In this document: positions 26,291 through 39,400 of the stretch, one piece after another
Position numbering within the stretch: position 1 is the first letter of the stretch
Layout: each line of letters begins with the position of its first letter
Source of the DNA: Callorhinchus milii
Lineage: Eukaryota
NCBI RefSeq assembly: GCF_018977255.1
Contig: NW_024704753.1
Coordinates: forward strand, 124,001 to 188,000
DNA length: 64,000 bases
Direction: 5' to 3'
Position numbers and translations under genes: made by a program
Notes under the pieces: generated by a model
The model's database searches: none
Told to the model about the DNA's origin: nothing
Seen by the model: only the letters and a program-made list of their open reading frames with translations

Positions 26291-28780
26291 GGTAAACATT
26301 GTTGCAGAACCCTATTTCCCAGAGGATTGACTGAGTTTCTGGTGAAACTGGTTCTGGATATTAGATTTCAGTGAATTTGGACAGTGATGTTACAGTAAAG
26401 AAGATATAGAGATTGGCCGAAAGTATTAATACATGAGATTTGGTTTGTGTTGAAGTTCATGTTACAGAACTGTATAATATCTTTCTAGAAATGCTATCTT
26501 CAGGATTTTTTAAAATATTTGAACATTATAAATATGTAAAATTATTTACATTTGATATATCACCTGTATTTTTTAAATGTCTCAAATTTATGTATGTTTT
26601 CTGACTATCCAGTGCCTTGGAAGCCATTTGCAGTTTTACGTCCACCTTAAAAAAAACACTCAAATATTTGTGAAATTAGCATAGATTGTTTCCAGTTAAA
26701 TATAAATTGTTTAAAAAGCTCACAACCAGAGGAATTACCTGAAGTTATACCTTAAAGTGGCTGCTGATTACTAATCAGAAATCATCGCTTTGACCCTGTG
26801 TTGGTGTGTGAACGCCCCCCAAAATTTTTTTTATGTAATTTCTTTAAAATTACAAGTTTCCAGAAAGATGGGCACTGAGGAGAGTCATCAACTTAAAAAG
26901 AAAAAAAGAAAGAAGCAGCCTCTGAAGGAACAGAGAGGTTTTCAGGCAGTGAGAGTCGATCTGTCTAAACCTGCTCAGGTGGGAATAAAAGAAAATCAAA
27001 ATTTCAGAGGTGAGAAAATTAAAGGTGAAACATGCATGTTAAAATCCACTTGAGATGTTTATATTTATTTCACAAGTTAAGTACTTCAATTGAGTGCTCT
27101 TGCTTTCTCGTCTTCTCTTGCCTGTTGATAGTGACAGTGTTGTAGAAGTGGATTCCACTCCTGGAAATGTGAATTAATAACACCTGAAAATTTAGAAGGA
27201 ATTTACTTTTCTCAAAAGTTAATTGAAAAAGAAATCCAAGAAAATATACAGCAAATTTCAAACAGATTATTTTTGTATAAATGAGATTTAAAGACGGACC
27301 CTGAAATGTTATTAATGAGCAAAACCTATTTGTAGACTGTGCCCTCCTTCCCCCCACACCCCACTCTCCCCGATCCTGATCCCCAGCTCAGGTCCAAAAC
27401 ACTAATTGTCCAGCACCTTAGGACGTCCTCCCGATGTGAAAGGCGCTATACAATGTAATTTTGTTGTTGTGGAGAGATGCTGAGTTGGTCATATATCCTT
27501 TCTATTCTGCAGTTATTTATTGCAGAACTGACTAATTTTACTTATTATCTGGAAATAATACATGTATTTTTAGAGCTCAGTGTTAGTAAGGTATAAAATG
27601 AATTGTCATTTGCAACTTGTGTAAATAGTGCAGTTAAAAAAATTGAAAACTTCATTCATGTAACTGGGACAATTTATAGTGTATTATTTTATGTCACTAC
27701 AATGGCTTAATAATAAAAAAATCTTTCAATTGATATAGCTTATTATGTGGTTGAAACATCTCAAAATGCTCACAGGCTTTACAGTAAAATAAGTGACTTT
27801 GTATTTATGAGGTTAAGACTGAGCTACGACTGTAGCATTATTATTGCGACAGTTGACCTCTTCTTTTCTCTCACAGTTAGCAAAACAGAATTGGGCTCCT
27901 TCTCAGCGGTAAATCTTCTTCGCCAGAGATTGCATGACAAAATTGAAGAATCCCGTGGACAGGTGAATTCAAAAAATTATGTTTCTGTGAGAAGCAAAGC
28001 AATGTCTTCTTTCCAGTCGCTGCGTTAGTCGTATTGCATCTTGCCTTTTTTGAAAAAAATCAACATAGAATATATACTTTTTTTGAATAGGTCAACCAGA
28101 GAGGCTTGTCATCTGAAGAATTAAAGAAGTTACGTCTGCGTAGAAAACAGGAACGGGAAAGAAAAAAACGAAAACGAAAAGAATTGCGGATAAAGAAAGA
28201 ACAGGAGACATTGCCTCAGGAAGAGTGTGTGGCATCAGACACTCAAAAAGGAGAGACAACGCAGGAGTGCAGGAAAGTGGAGGAGCAAATAATCTTCAAT
28301 AAAATTGAAGTATCATCTCAAGTAGTCAATAATAAAATACTGAAGAAAAAAGAGAAAAAAGGAAAGATTAAAGGTGGTGTCACACCCTTGACTGGTAAAA
28401 ACTACAAACAGCTGTTGTCCAGGCTAGAAGCTCGGAAGAGTAAGATAGAAGAACTGAAGAGCAAAGATGAAGATAAAGCAAAGGAAATTGAGACAAAAAT
28501 GAAATGGACTAATGCTCTTTACAGAGCTGAGGGTGTGAAGATCAAAGACAATGAAGAAATGTTGAAAATCGCATTAAAAAGAAAGGAGAAGCTGAAGGCC
28601 CAGCGCCAGAAGAATTGGGAGAAACGAACTGAGCAAGTGGTGGAGAAGATGCAACATCGTCAGAACAAGAGGCAGAGAAACCTAAAGAAAAAGAAACTGG
28701 CCAAGATAGAGAGGAAAAAGGATAAGGCGAGAAAGAAGGGCCGTGTTCTGCCAGAAGACATCAAAAAAGCACAACTTTAA
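26191..28780 (+). CDS. SURF6: Surfeit locus protein 6, complete copy; exons 26191-26291, 26864-27009, 27877-27962, 28091-28780 (~340 aa)
   Basis: N-terminus MADLSLAAKDKYLQRLGSKVC resembles the vertebrate SURF6 N-terminus. Intron phases 2/1/0 are consistent, and the C-terminal SURF6 domain is intact. Confidence 0.93.
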
Positions 28781-30869
28781 AAACAATTTCATGTTTTCAA
28801 AAATAAATGCTCCTTCCCCCTCAAAATAAATTCACCGGTCTTTTATCATAATGTATAATGTTTGTAATTTTTTTTAAACCATCTGCAATGTACATTTGTA
28901 ATCTTATCTTCACTTATGATATGAAACACCAGATCATTACAATTAACTCAGATTTAATAACTGTAACAAAAGATCACAGTGTAATAAGGAAACAAAGGAA
29001 CAGGAGTAGGCCATTCAGCCACTCAAGCCTGTTCAGCCATTTTATATCACGGCTGACCTATGACTCAACTCCATTGTGCATTTCATGCTGAGCTGTGTTT
29101 CCCACCAGGAGGCTCACAGGGAGTTCCTGGTACCCACCTAGAGAGGTTCAAATCCATACTTGTTATATCAAATGGCCAGTTCGTGATTATCCTCCTTTGG
29201 GGCAGGTGAGTGGGGTCTCCTTGGAGCTGAACTACCTCCAAGGCGACATGTTTGGCAACGGAATATCAGAGCCATACCTTTCTGGTGGTCTTTAGTCCAG
29301 TTCCTGAGGCAGGCAGTTGTGCAGTACCCCAGGGCACTAATGGTGACAGGCCAGTCATCCTGGCACATCGGCAGGGCAAATTGGTTATTGGGGGCAGGGA
29401 ATCCTCACACTCAGCTCCCATTAATCCTGCAACCCAAAGCCCTAACGGCTAGGGTTGTCATAACTGGACAAGCAAGGGAAAACTTGCCAGACAATGCTCT
29501 CAATGGTAAGCTAGGCAGTTCAGAGCACAAAAGGAGACCATTCGGTCCATCATGTCTGTGCCGGCTCTTTGAAAAGAGCTATCCAAATCAATCCTACTCT
29601 CTCTCCCCATAACCCTACAAACTTGTCCTCCACAAATAATTATCTACAGTTTTAGCTGGTTAGATTCCAGCAGTTACCCCCAACACATACTCTAGATGCT
29701 AAGCTTTGGCTCTTGCCAACCCATGCCTAATAACTTCCAGAGTTAGGTAAGTGGAATCCATCCCACCAGGGAGAGTGATTATGGCATTCCAATAATGCAA
29801 CAAGCATTCATTTCATGTGTGGGTGGGATGTAGGGAATACTGTTTGGTTTGGATACTCTTAAAAATGGTGATCAGTTTCCACGTGTGTCAGACACTTGGC
29901 TAACCAAACACAGCTTTGAGAAGTGGTTTGAGACATCTTCCTGAAGTGAAAGATGCTACATAAATGAAAATTGTTTTTTGCTGAAGGGCACCTGTGACCA
30001 TGTACTGTACAAATGCCTGCAGAAGAGAATCAATTTTTAGAGAAAAGTTGAGAAACAAAACATGTGAAAGTAACATTTGCAAATAGTAGATATCACAAGG
30101 CTGATCAGAATGTTTTTGGCTCCCATTCACCTTGGAGTCATTTTATATGTACAAATATCAAGGTTTGAACTTGCAATCAGTGCAGGGCCACAGTACAGCT
30201 GTGTTTTACTAATACAGAATGATGCAACACTGATCTGTTTACTCACCAGAAAATGATTCAGGAGATAAAATAATTTCTTACATTGTCAATCGTATCTCAT
30301 GAACAACTGTTGAAATGATCTTTTGCCAGTTAGAACTTGTTTTGTTGAGAACATGGAACTAATTTAATCATTAGAAGTGCATGACCTTTATTAATATTTG
30401 CCACACATTACTTATTACGCATTGAAATTGCCATTGGCTTTACATAGACTGTTGAATAATTGTTTCTGTAATCTTTCTGGATTTTTGCAAAGGTGTTTTG
30501 GTGGACAGCATCAAACAGCAAACGGGATGCAGTTACTGGTGACTAAATAGTAAGTGGTGGTGTGGGTGCCCTACTATCTACTGCCAGTCCCAACTTCTCT
30601 ATAATCTCCAATGGATTCTCATCCCATGGTGACTATGGTGTACTCAAGCTCTCCCCTGTTATCATCTGCAGGCATATGGGTCAATATCCATATTTACCAA
30701 ATGAAATTGATCTCCACTTTGATTGCAAAGAACATAGTCAGATTTATCAAGTCAACAGATCCAAGATACATGGAATTCAGTGAAGCAAGATAATAAGCTT
30801 TGGATATAAGAATAGTGGACAGCAACCTATTCTAAATGGAAAACATTGAGAATTAGGGCACATAAGTCA

Positions 30870-33110
30870 TTACAACAACAACAACTTGCACTTATATAGT
30901 GCCCTCCACGCTTGGTGGCATCTCAGAGCTTAACAATGGTGGAGCCCAAGGCTGAGCCAGGGGGAGGGGAAGGTGACCATAGGCACGGTCAAAAAGTCTT
31001 CAGGTGCGACTTGAATATGGGGAAGGAGGGGCAAGGCGACAGGGTTGAGGGAGGGAGTTCCACAGTTTTGGGGCGTAATGGCTGAAGGGACGGCCACCGA
31101 TGGTGGAGCGAAGGATTCGGGGGACACGGAGGAGACTGGACCCAGTAGAGCAGAGGCAGCGGATACTGCTGTGGGGAGAGAGGTTAGAGAGATGGGGTGG
31201 GGGGGGGGGGGGGGGCAAGGAATGGAAGGAATTAAACACTATAGTGAGGATCTTGAAGTGGATCCGCTCTGTGACAGGAGCCAGTGGGGTTTGGCCAGGA
31301 CTGGAGTAATTGGAATACGGAGTTTGGTGCGGGTGAGAATGCGGGCGGCGAAATTTTACACAAGCTGAATTTTGGAGGAGGGGAGACTGGCGAGGAGGGC
31401 GTTAGAATCGACTCGCCGAGAGGTGACAAAGGCATGGACAAGGGTTTTGGCAGCTTTTGGGGTGAGGTATTGTCGGAGATGGGCAATGTGGCAGAGGTGC
31501 AAGAAAGCAGTGCTGGTCAGGGACCGGACATGGGGGAGGAAGAATAACTGGGGATCAAACCTAATGACTAAGTTGCGCATGGGTTCAGAGAGTTTTAAGA
31601 ACAGGTCGGGTAGATTGAGGAGGTCGGAACCATGGGACAGAAGATGTTGGCAGGAGCCAAAGGGTATGGCTTCCGTCTTGTGGATGATTAACTGGAGGAA
31701 ATTTGCGCTCATCCAGACAAGCTGACAGAACATCAGGATACTGAGGGTCGCAGCTGGAGATGGAAAAGTAGAGTTGAGCGTCATCCACATCCATGTGGAA
31801 GTTAACCCTGTGTCTGCAGATGACAACACTGAGAGGGAGCATATAGATGAGGAAGAGAAGGGGACCAAGATGGATCCTTGGGGTATCTACCCCACAGGTG
31901 ACCGGGTGAAAGTGCGAAGAAAAGCCATTTGCAGAAATGTGCTGGTGGTTTATAAGGTAGGATTCGAACCAAGTGAATGCGGTCCCACTGAGCTATGATG
32001 GAGGACAGGCGTTGCACGAGGATGGCGTGATCAACTGTGTTGAACGCGATGGAGAGGACCAGGAGGACAAGAAGGCAGAGGAAGCCCTGGTCACAGATAG
32101 ATTTGTGGCCTTCACAAGCGCGGACTCTGTACTGTGGGCAGCCAAGGCAGAAACTGGACTGGAGGAGTTCGAGTAGGGTGTGGAGGGAGAGATGTGCACA
32201 AAGTTGGAAGGCAACAACGCCATTCCAGAGCGTTGGAAAGAAAGGCAGGTTTGAGATAGGGCGAGAGTGGCCGAGGTTGGAGGGATCGAGGGTAGTTTTT
32301 TTTTAAGGAGTGGGGTGATGATTGCAGTTTTGAGAGCGAGTGGGACTGATCCTGAGGAGAGAGACTGGTTATAGTGTCTGCCAGCAGTGGGCAGAGGAGG
32401 GGGAGCTGAGTGATCAGCAATTGGGTGGGGAGGGAGTCGAGGCAGCAGGTGGTGGGTTTCATTGTGGATGAAAGATAGGAAGGAGAGATGGGGGCAAATG
32501 AATGTAGGATAGGGGCGTGGTAGGACCTGAGGGCAGGGTGGGTGAGGGAGATCTAATGGGGGGGGGCGGGGGGGGGGGGGGGGTGTGGTTGGTGACACAG
32601 GACAGAGGGATGAAGCTGCCAGGTGGATGTTGACAACATTAGAGGTAAGGAAGCCCATGACCTCTTCGCGCTTGGTGTTAGATGTGATGATTGAGGGAGC
32701 GCACGGAGGAGGTGGTAGGGGTTGGAGAATAGGACTGGGGAGTTACTGTTGACCTCCAGTATGATGTTTGAGTCGTGCGCAGTTTTTGCTTGTGACAGGG
32801 AGCAGTGGTAGGTGTGAAGATGCTCGAGCCACAGCTGGTGGTGAACCGTTAGGCTGGATTTCTGCCACTTGCACTCAAGCAACCAGGTTTGGGATTTTAG
32901 GGAGCGGAGATGGCTGTTGTACCAGGGGGTTCAGGTGGGTTTGGAGACAGTCCTGGATTTCAGGGGGACGAGGGAGTTCAAGATGGAGGAGAGGCGATCA
33001 TGGAGCAGCTTGACGGCTGCTTCAGGGTTGCTGCAGGTAGAAGGCCAGAGGGATAGGAGGATTAATAGCTGCAAAGAGCTGCAGCATGTTCACCTCTCCC
33101 CAATTTGAAC
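30870..33110 (-). mobile_element. L2-clade LINE remnant, copy C
   Basis: Duplicate of 4565-6785. Confidence 0.88.
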
Positions 33111-33433
33111 AGACTACCAGAGAGAGACTCTCCCTAAATTAATGCACAATCATGACAGACAGAAAAGTAGCTTTATGTTATCAAATCCAGAACCATATAA
33201 AATTGTTGTCAAAACATTCATTGATTTATTGATACAAATATTAACTATTTTACAAGCAATGCGACCCCTTTGTCTGAGCAACTCCTGACCAGCAGCATTA
33301 CTTGTTTTAAAATTTGCTGAAACCGTGGATCAATGGTTAGATCAATATTTTGCGAAACTAGAACTATTACTCAACAGTGCTGGATTATAAACTGGTTCCT
33401 GAAGCAGAACTTCACAGCCTCACAGTTCCCACC

Positions 33434-36400
33434 ATGAAAGCAATTCTGCCCTGGGTTTTGCTGACTTCTATTCCAGCCTTAATATCTGCTGATTTCATCA
33501 TAGCAGATTTAAAGCACCAAAAGGTAAAGCGCTATTCATTTCCAATTTTTTAGTGATTTTTCAATTAACTAAATTATCTTTTAAACTTATTTTTCAATTT
33601 GAGCAGAGTAAATCCACAGTCCATTCAGCAAATGCCCAGAGCCCATGGAGAAGGACGTTAAAGATACTAGCCAAATTTATCTGAAGATATTTTGAGTTAG
33701 ATAATTAGTCCGAAAGATAATTAAGTACAAATTGAAAAGTTAAAGTGTACAAATTTATCACATCTCTGCTGTTTTTCTATTAGGAATTAGATTGCGTGTT
33801 TTGGGCTAAACTGCAGGGATTTCTGCCTTGATGATTCATCAGTTTTGTTTGTATATCTTAAGATATTTCTTACTCTGTTGCCTAACTGATAAATGTTCCA
33901 GTTTCCTTCAGTCTTCAATAAGAAACAGACAGGTGATTGAAGCCTGAACTACAGTTATATTGCTTCTTTATTTTGAACTTGATACGTTCTCTGAGCTGGG
34001 TACTGACCATTGGGCTCATGTGCTGCAGAATGTGACCTAGAAAATAGTACCTGAAATGACAAGCCTTCAGTCTACATTCACTGCTATTTTCTTGCTGTTT
34101 TAAAAATAATAATAATAATAATCCTTGCATTTGATATAGCACTTTTAATGTCTTCAAGATGTCTCAAAAAAATCATAGAAATGCAGCCAAGAAGGAGGTG
34201 TTTGGCACAGATTCCCAGAGTGAGCTGTCCATTCAGACACACTGCATTGGCTCCCCTTCAAGTTGCTATCTTTCATGTACCTTTCTACATCCCCTCAATA
34301 CTCCCTCTGCCACTTTCCTTGGCGGGGGATTCTACAAGTGAAAAAGGTTCTCCTAAACACTCTTTTCACTCTTTTTGTGTCTATCTTATATCTGTGTCCC
34401 CATATCACCAAATTCCCCACCAGTGGAAACAGCTTCTCTCTATTTACCACTCATCATTGTATTTACCTCCATCAGATCCCCACTCAACCTTCTCTGCTCC
34501 AATTAAACAGACCCAAATTCTCCGATCTCCTCATTATCACAGCCCCTCATTCAGGGGAATCATTTCCTAAAATTGTATGTCCAATTCAACTTTTTCTAAT
34601 TTTTCCCCCAAATAACATATGTCTCTGCTCCTGGTCCTTCCCTCCTCTTGCTGGCGTCCAGTTCTACAGGCACCTGTTTACCTCTTTTTTATTAATGAGT
34701 TGGATTATTGAGCTCTGCTGCCTGTATCTGCCCATTGCAGTACAGTTACCAATGCGAACCTGAAGTCCATCAGTCAGGTCTTTGTTAGAAATTGATTTAT
34801 TTTGTGCACTGTCTAATTATACAGCACAATCTTATCAACATTATGAATAACTGTATGAATAACTGATGTTCTTTTTCCCTTGTTGGAAATAGAAAAGAAG
34901 CGTCGATGGGCACCCCACTAAAGTAGGTCTAATTCCTGATATTGCTGCTCTGTAATGGTTCTGTGTAGTGTAACTGACTTTAACCTAAGTTGTGCCACAG
35001 ATTCGAAAAAACGTTGCAATTTTGATGATGTAACTGTTCAGTTTGGATATTTCTAATTTCAACAATAAGCAGAATGTCTCTGTGTTTGTTCAGTCTGTAC
35101 TGGAACTGAAAATAACCCCCACTTAATATCAATTTACTATATGTATTTACATCGGACTTCTCTGGACATTATTAAGTGTTAAATATAATTTCTTGCACAT
35201 AAAAACATAATCCTTGCATCCGATATAGCACCTTATCACATCGATGAAATGTTTCAAAGTGCTTTGCAGGATTTACTGTTGAATATAGTGAATGATTTTT
35301 TGGCGAATACTGGCATACATTAGTGTTCATATTATCTTTATTTTTCAGCAAGTGAAGGAGCTTGAAATTTACAGTTTTAAGGTTGATTGCAAAATTACAT
35401 CTCGATTCGCTCGCAATGTGGTGACCAGTCGGGTAGTGAACCGAGCGAATGAGTCCAAAGAAGCTTTGTTTGATGTACAGCTGCCCAAAACAGCCTTCAT
35501 TGCCAACTTCAGCATGTGTGTATTTGCTCTGTTACTTGAGATAATTTGTGTGTAAATAGAACAGTGAACTTTGTGACAAACTCCCTGACTAATCACAAGA
35601 TTGGTTTGAACGAAAAACATCCTACGGCTCATCTGATCTCAGCCATAACCTTCAATCCTCTCATAACAGCATCAAGCTGCCTTGGAAGCACTCCGGGACA
35701 CTACCCCACTTGACAGGCTATATTAATGCAAGTTGTTGCTTAAATGAGTCCAGTGTCCTGGCCTCAACCGCTCTTGTTGGCAGCCTGTTCCAGTTGTTAA
35801 TTAACCTCTGAGTAAAGAAAAACTTCCTGGTATCTGACCAGAAATTGCTTTACAACTTTAAACCTGTGACTTCTTGTCCTACTGTTTCGATGCATTCTAA
35901 AGTATTCTGAGTTTACTTTTTCAATCCCATTTAACATTGTACAGTATTTTCTTGACCACTAACAGCGGTGTCCAACCACGAGGTGGCGCTGTCTCACATG
36001 ATCAACGAGTGAAGAGGCTGGAGCTGTAGAACTGGGTCTTATTGAGTCAAATCAGATTTCATGCCACTGGAAATAAATATATAAAACTTAATGTTAAGCC
36101 TGAGGTAAATATTGCTCATGACTATTGCTTTATTAAGCAAATGCAGAACACCGCCTAGTACTGATCGATTGATTTGTCTATAGGGTCCTCGCTGAGTCAG
36201 CGATTCTCAAGCTTGAAGAGCCCCATCTTATCTAATTGCTGCTCATTCCTCCAACACTTGGGATCATCCTCTAAACTGCCTTCAGGCCATTTAATCCACA
36301 TTCTGCTGACAAATGTGAAAGTCGTCCTGATTGGACCAACTCAGATTTTTTGTTTGGTTCAAAGTTTCCTTTGAGGATAATACAAAATGCCATTTGTAGC

Positions 36401-39400
36401 ACATTTCACGTTGGGAGGATGTCCCAAGGCGCTGGACGATAAAGGAGGAAATGAGAGATGAACCAGCAAGAGACAGACTGGGGCTGAGAACAATGAATCG
36501 GGGATACTGTATACTAATTCTGTGTTCTAATGCTAGGATTATAGATGGGGTGGTTTACGTTGGAGTTGTGAAGGAGAAAGAAGTGGCTAAGCAGCAGTAC
36601 CAGCAAGCAGTCGCACGAGGGCAGACAGCAGGTCTTGTGAAGTAAGGATCAAAGGGCTTCTTTTCAATCTTCCTCAGTCATTTTGCCTCCTTTCCCCACA
36701 AAGACAAGCCTCATGAAGGGATGGGACACAACCTAAATCAGGTCACTGATTCCCAGAATGTACTTCTCTCCAGATATTTACCAGTTATAGAATCTTTCCC
36801 ACAATATTAATGTATGTCTGAACAATTTGATTACATGGGAGAAGGTGTGACATCTCATTTTAATGGACAAAACTGACTTTTTGGATAAAGCGATCTCAGT
36901 GTAGTCTTGCATGTTAACTCACCACTACAAATGTCTAATTCTGTCTTGATAGGAATTCTCTCAGAAAACTATTTATATGGGAGTTGTTTGTATCAATTTT
37001 TGATGAATTAATCATTTAACTGCCATTGAATGTTCATTGAATGTTCCAAAGACATTCGAGCTTCCTAAAGCATTTATTCTCAAGTAAAAGCTTTTTTTAG
37101 TAAAGCAACATTTTAACCTGTGTATGGTTTAAGATATATGCTTCACATTTTTCATGAATGATTTAGGTTAGTTAATTACAGACGGGGGCTATTTTACATT
37201 TTAAAAAATCTGTTTTATATTCTTCGTGTCCAAAGAGTAACTGGAAGGAAAATGGAAAAGTTTAAAGTTTCAGTAAATATCGCAGCAGCTAAAAAAGTAA
37301 CATTTGAGCTGGTTTATGAAGAATTACTCAAGCGTAAACTGGGGAAATACGAGATGGTGATCAGAGTAAAGCCTGAACAGCTTGTCCAGCATTTCCAGGT
37401 ATGTAGCAGGGATGGGAGCTAGCCACTGTGGCACTTGTCCAACCAGGGCCCACTGACTCCTCATGAAGTGCACCTACACAACAACAACAATATCAACAAC
37501 ATGTCCTTGAAATGTGCAGCGCTTGTGGAAATGGTTGTGAAAAAGCTAATATTATTCAGGGTTTATACATAGGGACATAGAGTACAAATGTAAAGGAATA
37601 ATAATAATCCTTGCATTTGATATAGTGCCTTATCACGTCTTCTAGATGTCTCAAAGCGCTTCACAGAATAGACTGTAAAGTGAATTGACTGTATATTTGT
37701 GGGTGAAACACTGCAGCCAATTGCACACAGCAGCATCCCACAAACAGTCGTGGATTGAAAATAACCAATTTATTATTGTTTTTGTTTTTGGAGGGATTAT
37801 TATTAGGTGTGTGGAGTCAGGAAACTTGCCCAAGATTTTCCTCTGCCTGGAATTGAACTCAGGTGTCTCGCTTGCAAAGCGAATGCTCTAACCACTGAGC
37901 CACAGGATGCCACAATCCCAGGGATGAGGGGCATTAGTTCTAAAGAGGGTGAATTAGTTGGGTCTGTTTTTCATTGGCGTAAAGAAGATTGTGAGGCTAC
38001 CTGATAGAAATGTATATCATTCTGAGGGGTTTTGATGCTAAGTAATGGGAAGCTATTGTCATTGGTAGGTTTGTCAGTGAGTAGGGGCCACAGTTATAAG
38101 ACAATAAAGTTTAGGAGATTTTTTTCACTCAGAATAGTTGGGATGAGGAATGCTAGAGGCAGAGTGTGTTCTGGGTTTCAGAGGGAAGTCAACATGTATA
38201 TGAATGTTAGCGGCTTGAAGGCCTATGGCAACATGGCAAGAGCAGAGGGAGTGAAAGAACAGCTTCCTCTCAGACTGGGTGCAGAATTGATCGGCCAAAG
38301 GCCTGCTTCTGTGCTATGAATTTCTATAATTGTAAAAAATATTTTATTTCCTCTGTGCCTATTTTCAAATGTTTAACAAACATGTTAACACTAATTACAT
38401 TCCATCACATTTCAACCTCTCCAGATTGATGTCCATCTGTTTGAACCACAAGGCATTGCCTTTTTGGATGTTAATGCAACATTTTTAACAAATGATTTAA
38501 TGCCAATTGTGAAAAAGACTCTAACAGGAAAAAAGGTACATTATTAATAATAATAATAATCTGCATCCTTGCATTTTGTATAGTGCCTTTCATGTTGGGA
38601 GGATGTCCCAAAACTCTTCACAGAATTTACTATGAAGTAGAGTGATTGTGTATTTGTAGACAAACATAACAGCCAATTGCACAAACAATGATCTGCAAAC
38701 AGCCATGATTTGAATGACCAATCTTATTTGGGGTATTTTTGGCCAAGATACTGGGAGAAATCTCTTCTCAAATAGTGCCATAGCACCTTTAACATCCATC
38801 TAAACGGGACCTCACTTTAATGTCTCATTCAAAGGACAGCACCTCCGACAATGCAACACCACCACAGCATTACATTGGAGTGCCAGCTTAAACTATGTGA
38901 GTTCAAGTCCCAATGTGGGGCTCAAACCCACAACCTTCTGGCTCAGAGGCATGAGTGCTGCTAACTGAGTCAGGCTTGACAGACTGTTGTATACTTTGAG
39001 GTTTACACATGTGGATATGACAATCTTACCGTGAATTGCTGTGTGATTCAGGCTCACATTTCCTTCACACCAACACTGGATCAGCAGAGTGCCTGTACCA
39101 GTTGCCAGAACACTGGCTTGGATGGAGATTTTATTATGACTTATGATGTGGACCGAGACCTGTCGGCTGGGAACATAGCGGTAGGCAACTACAACAACAA
39201 CAACAAGATTACATTTGTATCATGCCTTTCAAGTCGGGAGTACGTCCCAAGGCGCTGGGACGTTTAGCTAATTCATTATTACGTTTTGAGTGAAAAGCTG
39301 TTAGCATTCATTATTTTAACACTTCTTTTTTCCAGATAGTGAATGGATATTTTGTTCATCATTTTGGACCTGCAAATCTACCTAGAGTTCCTAAAAATGT

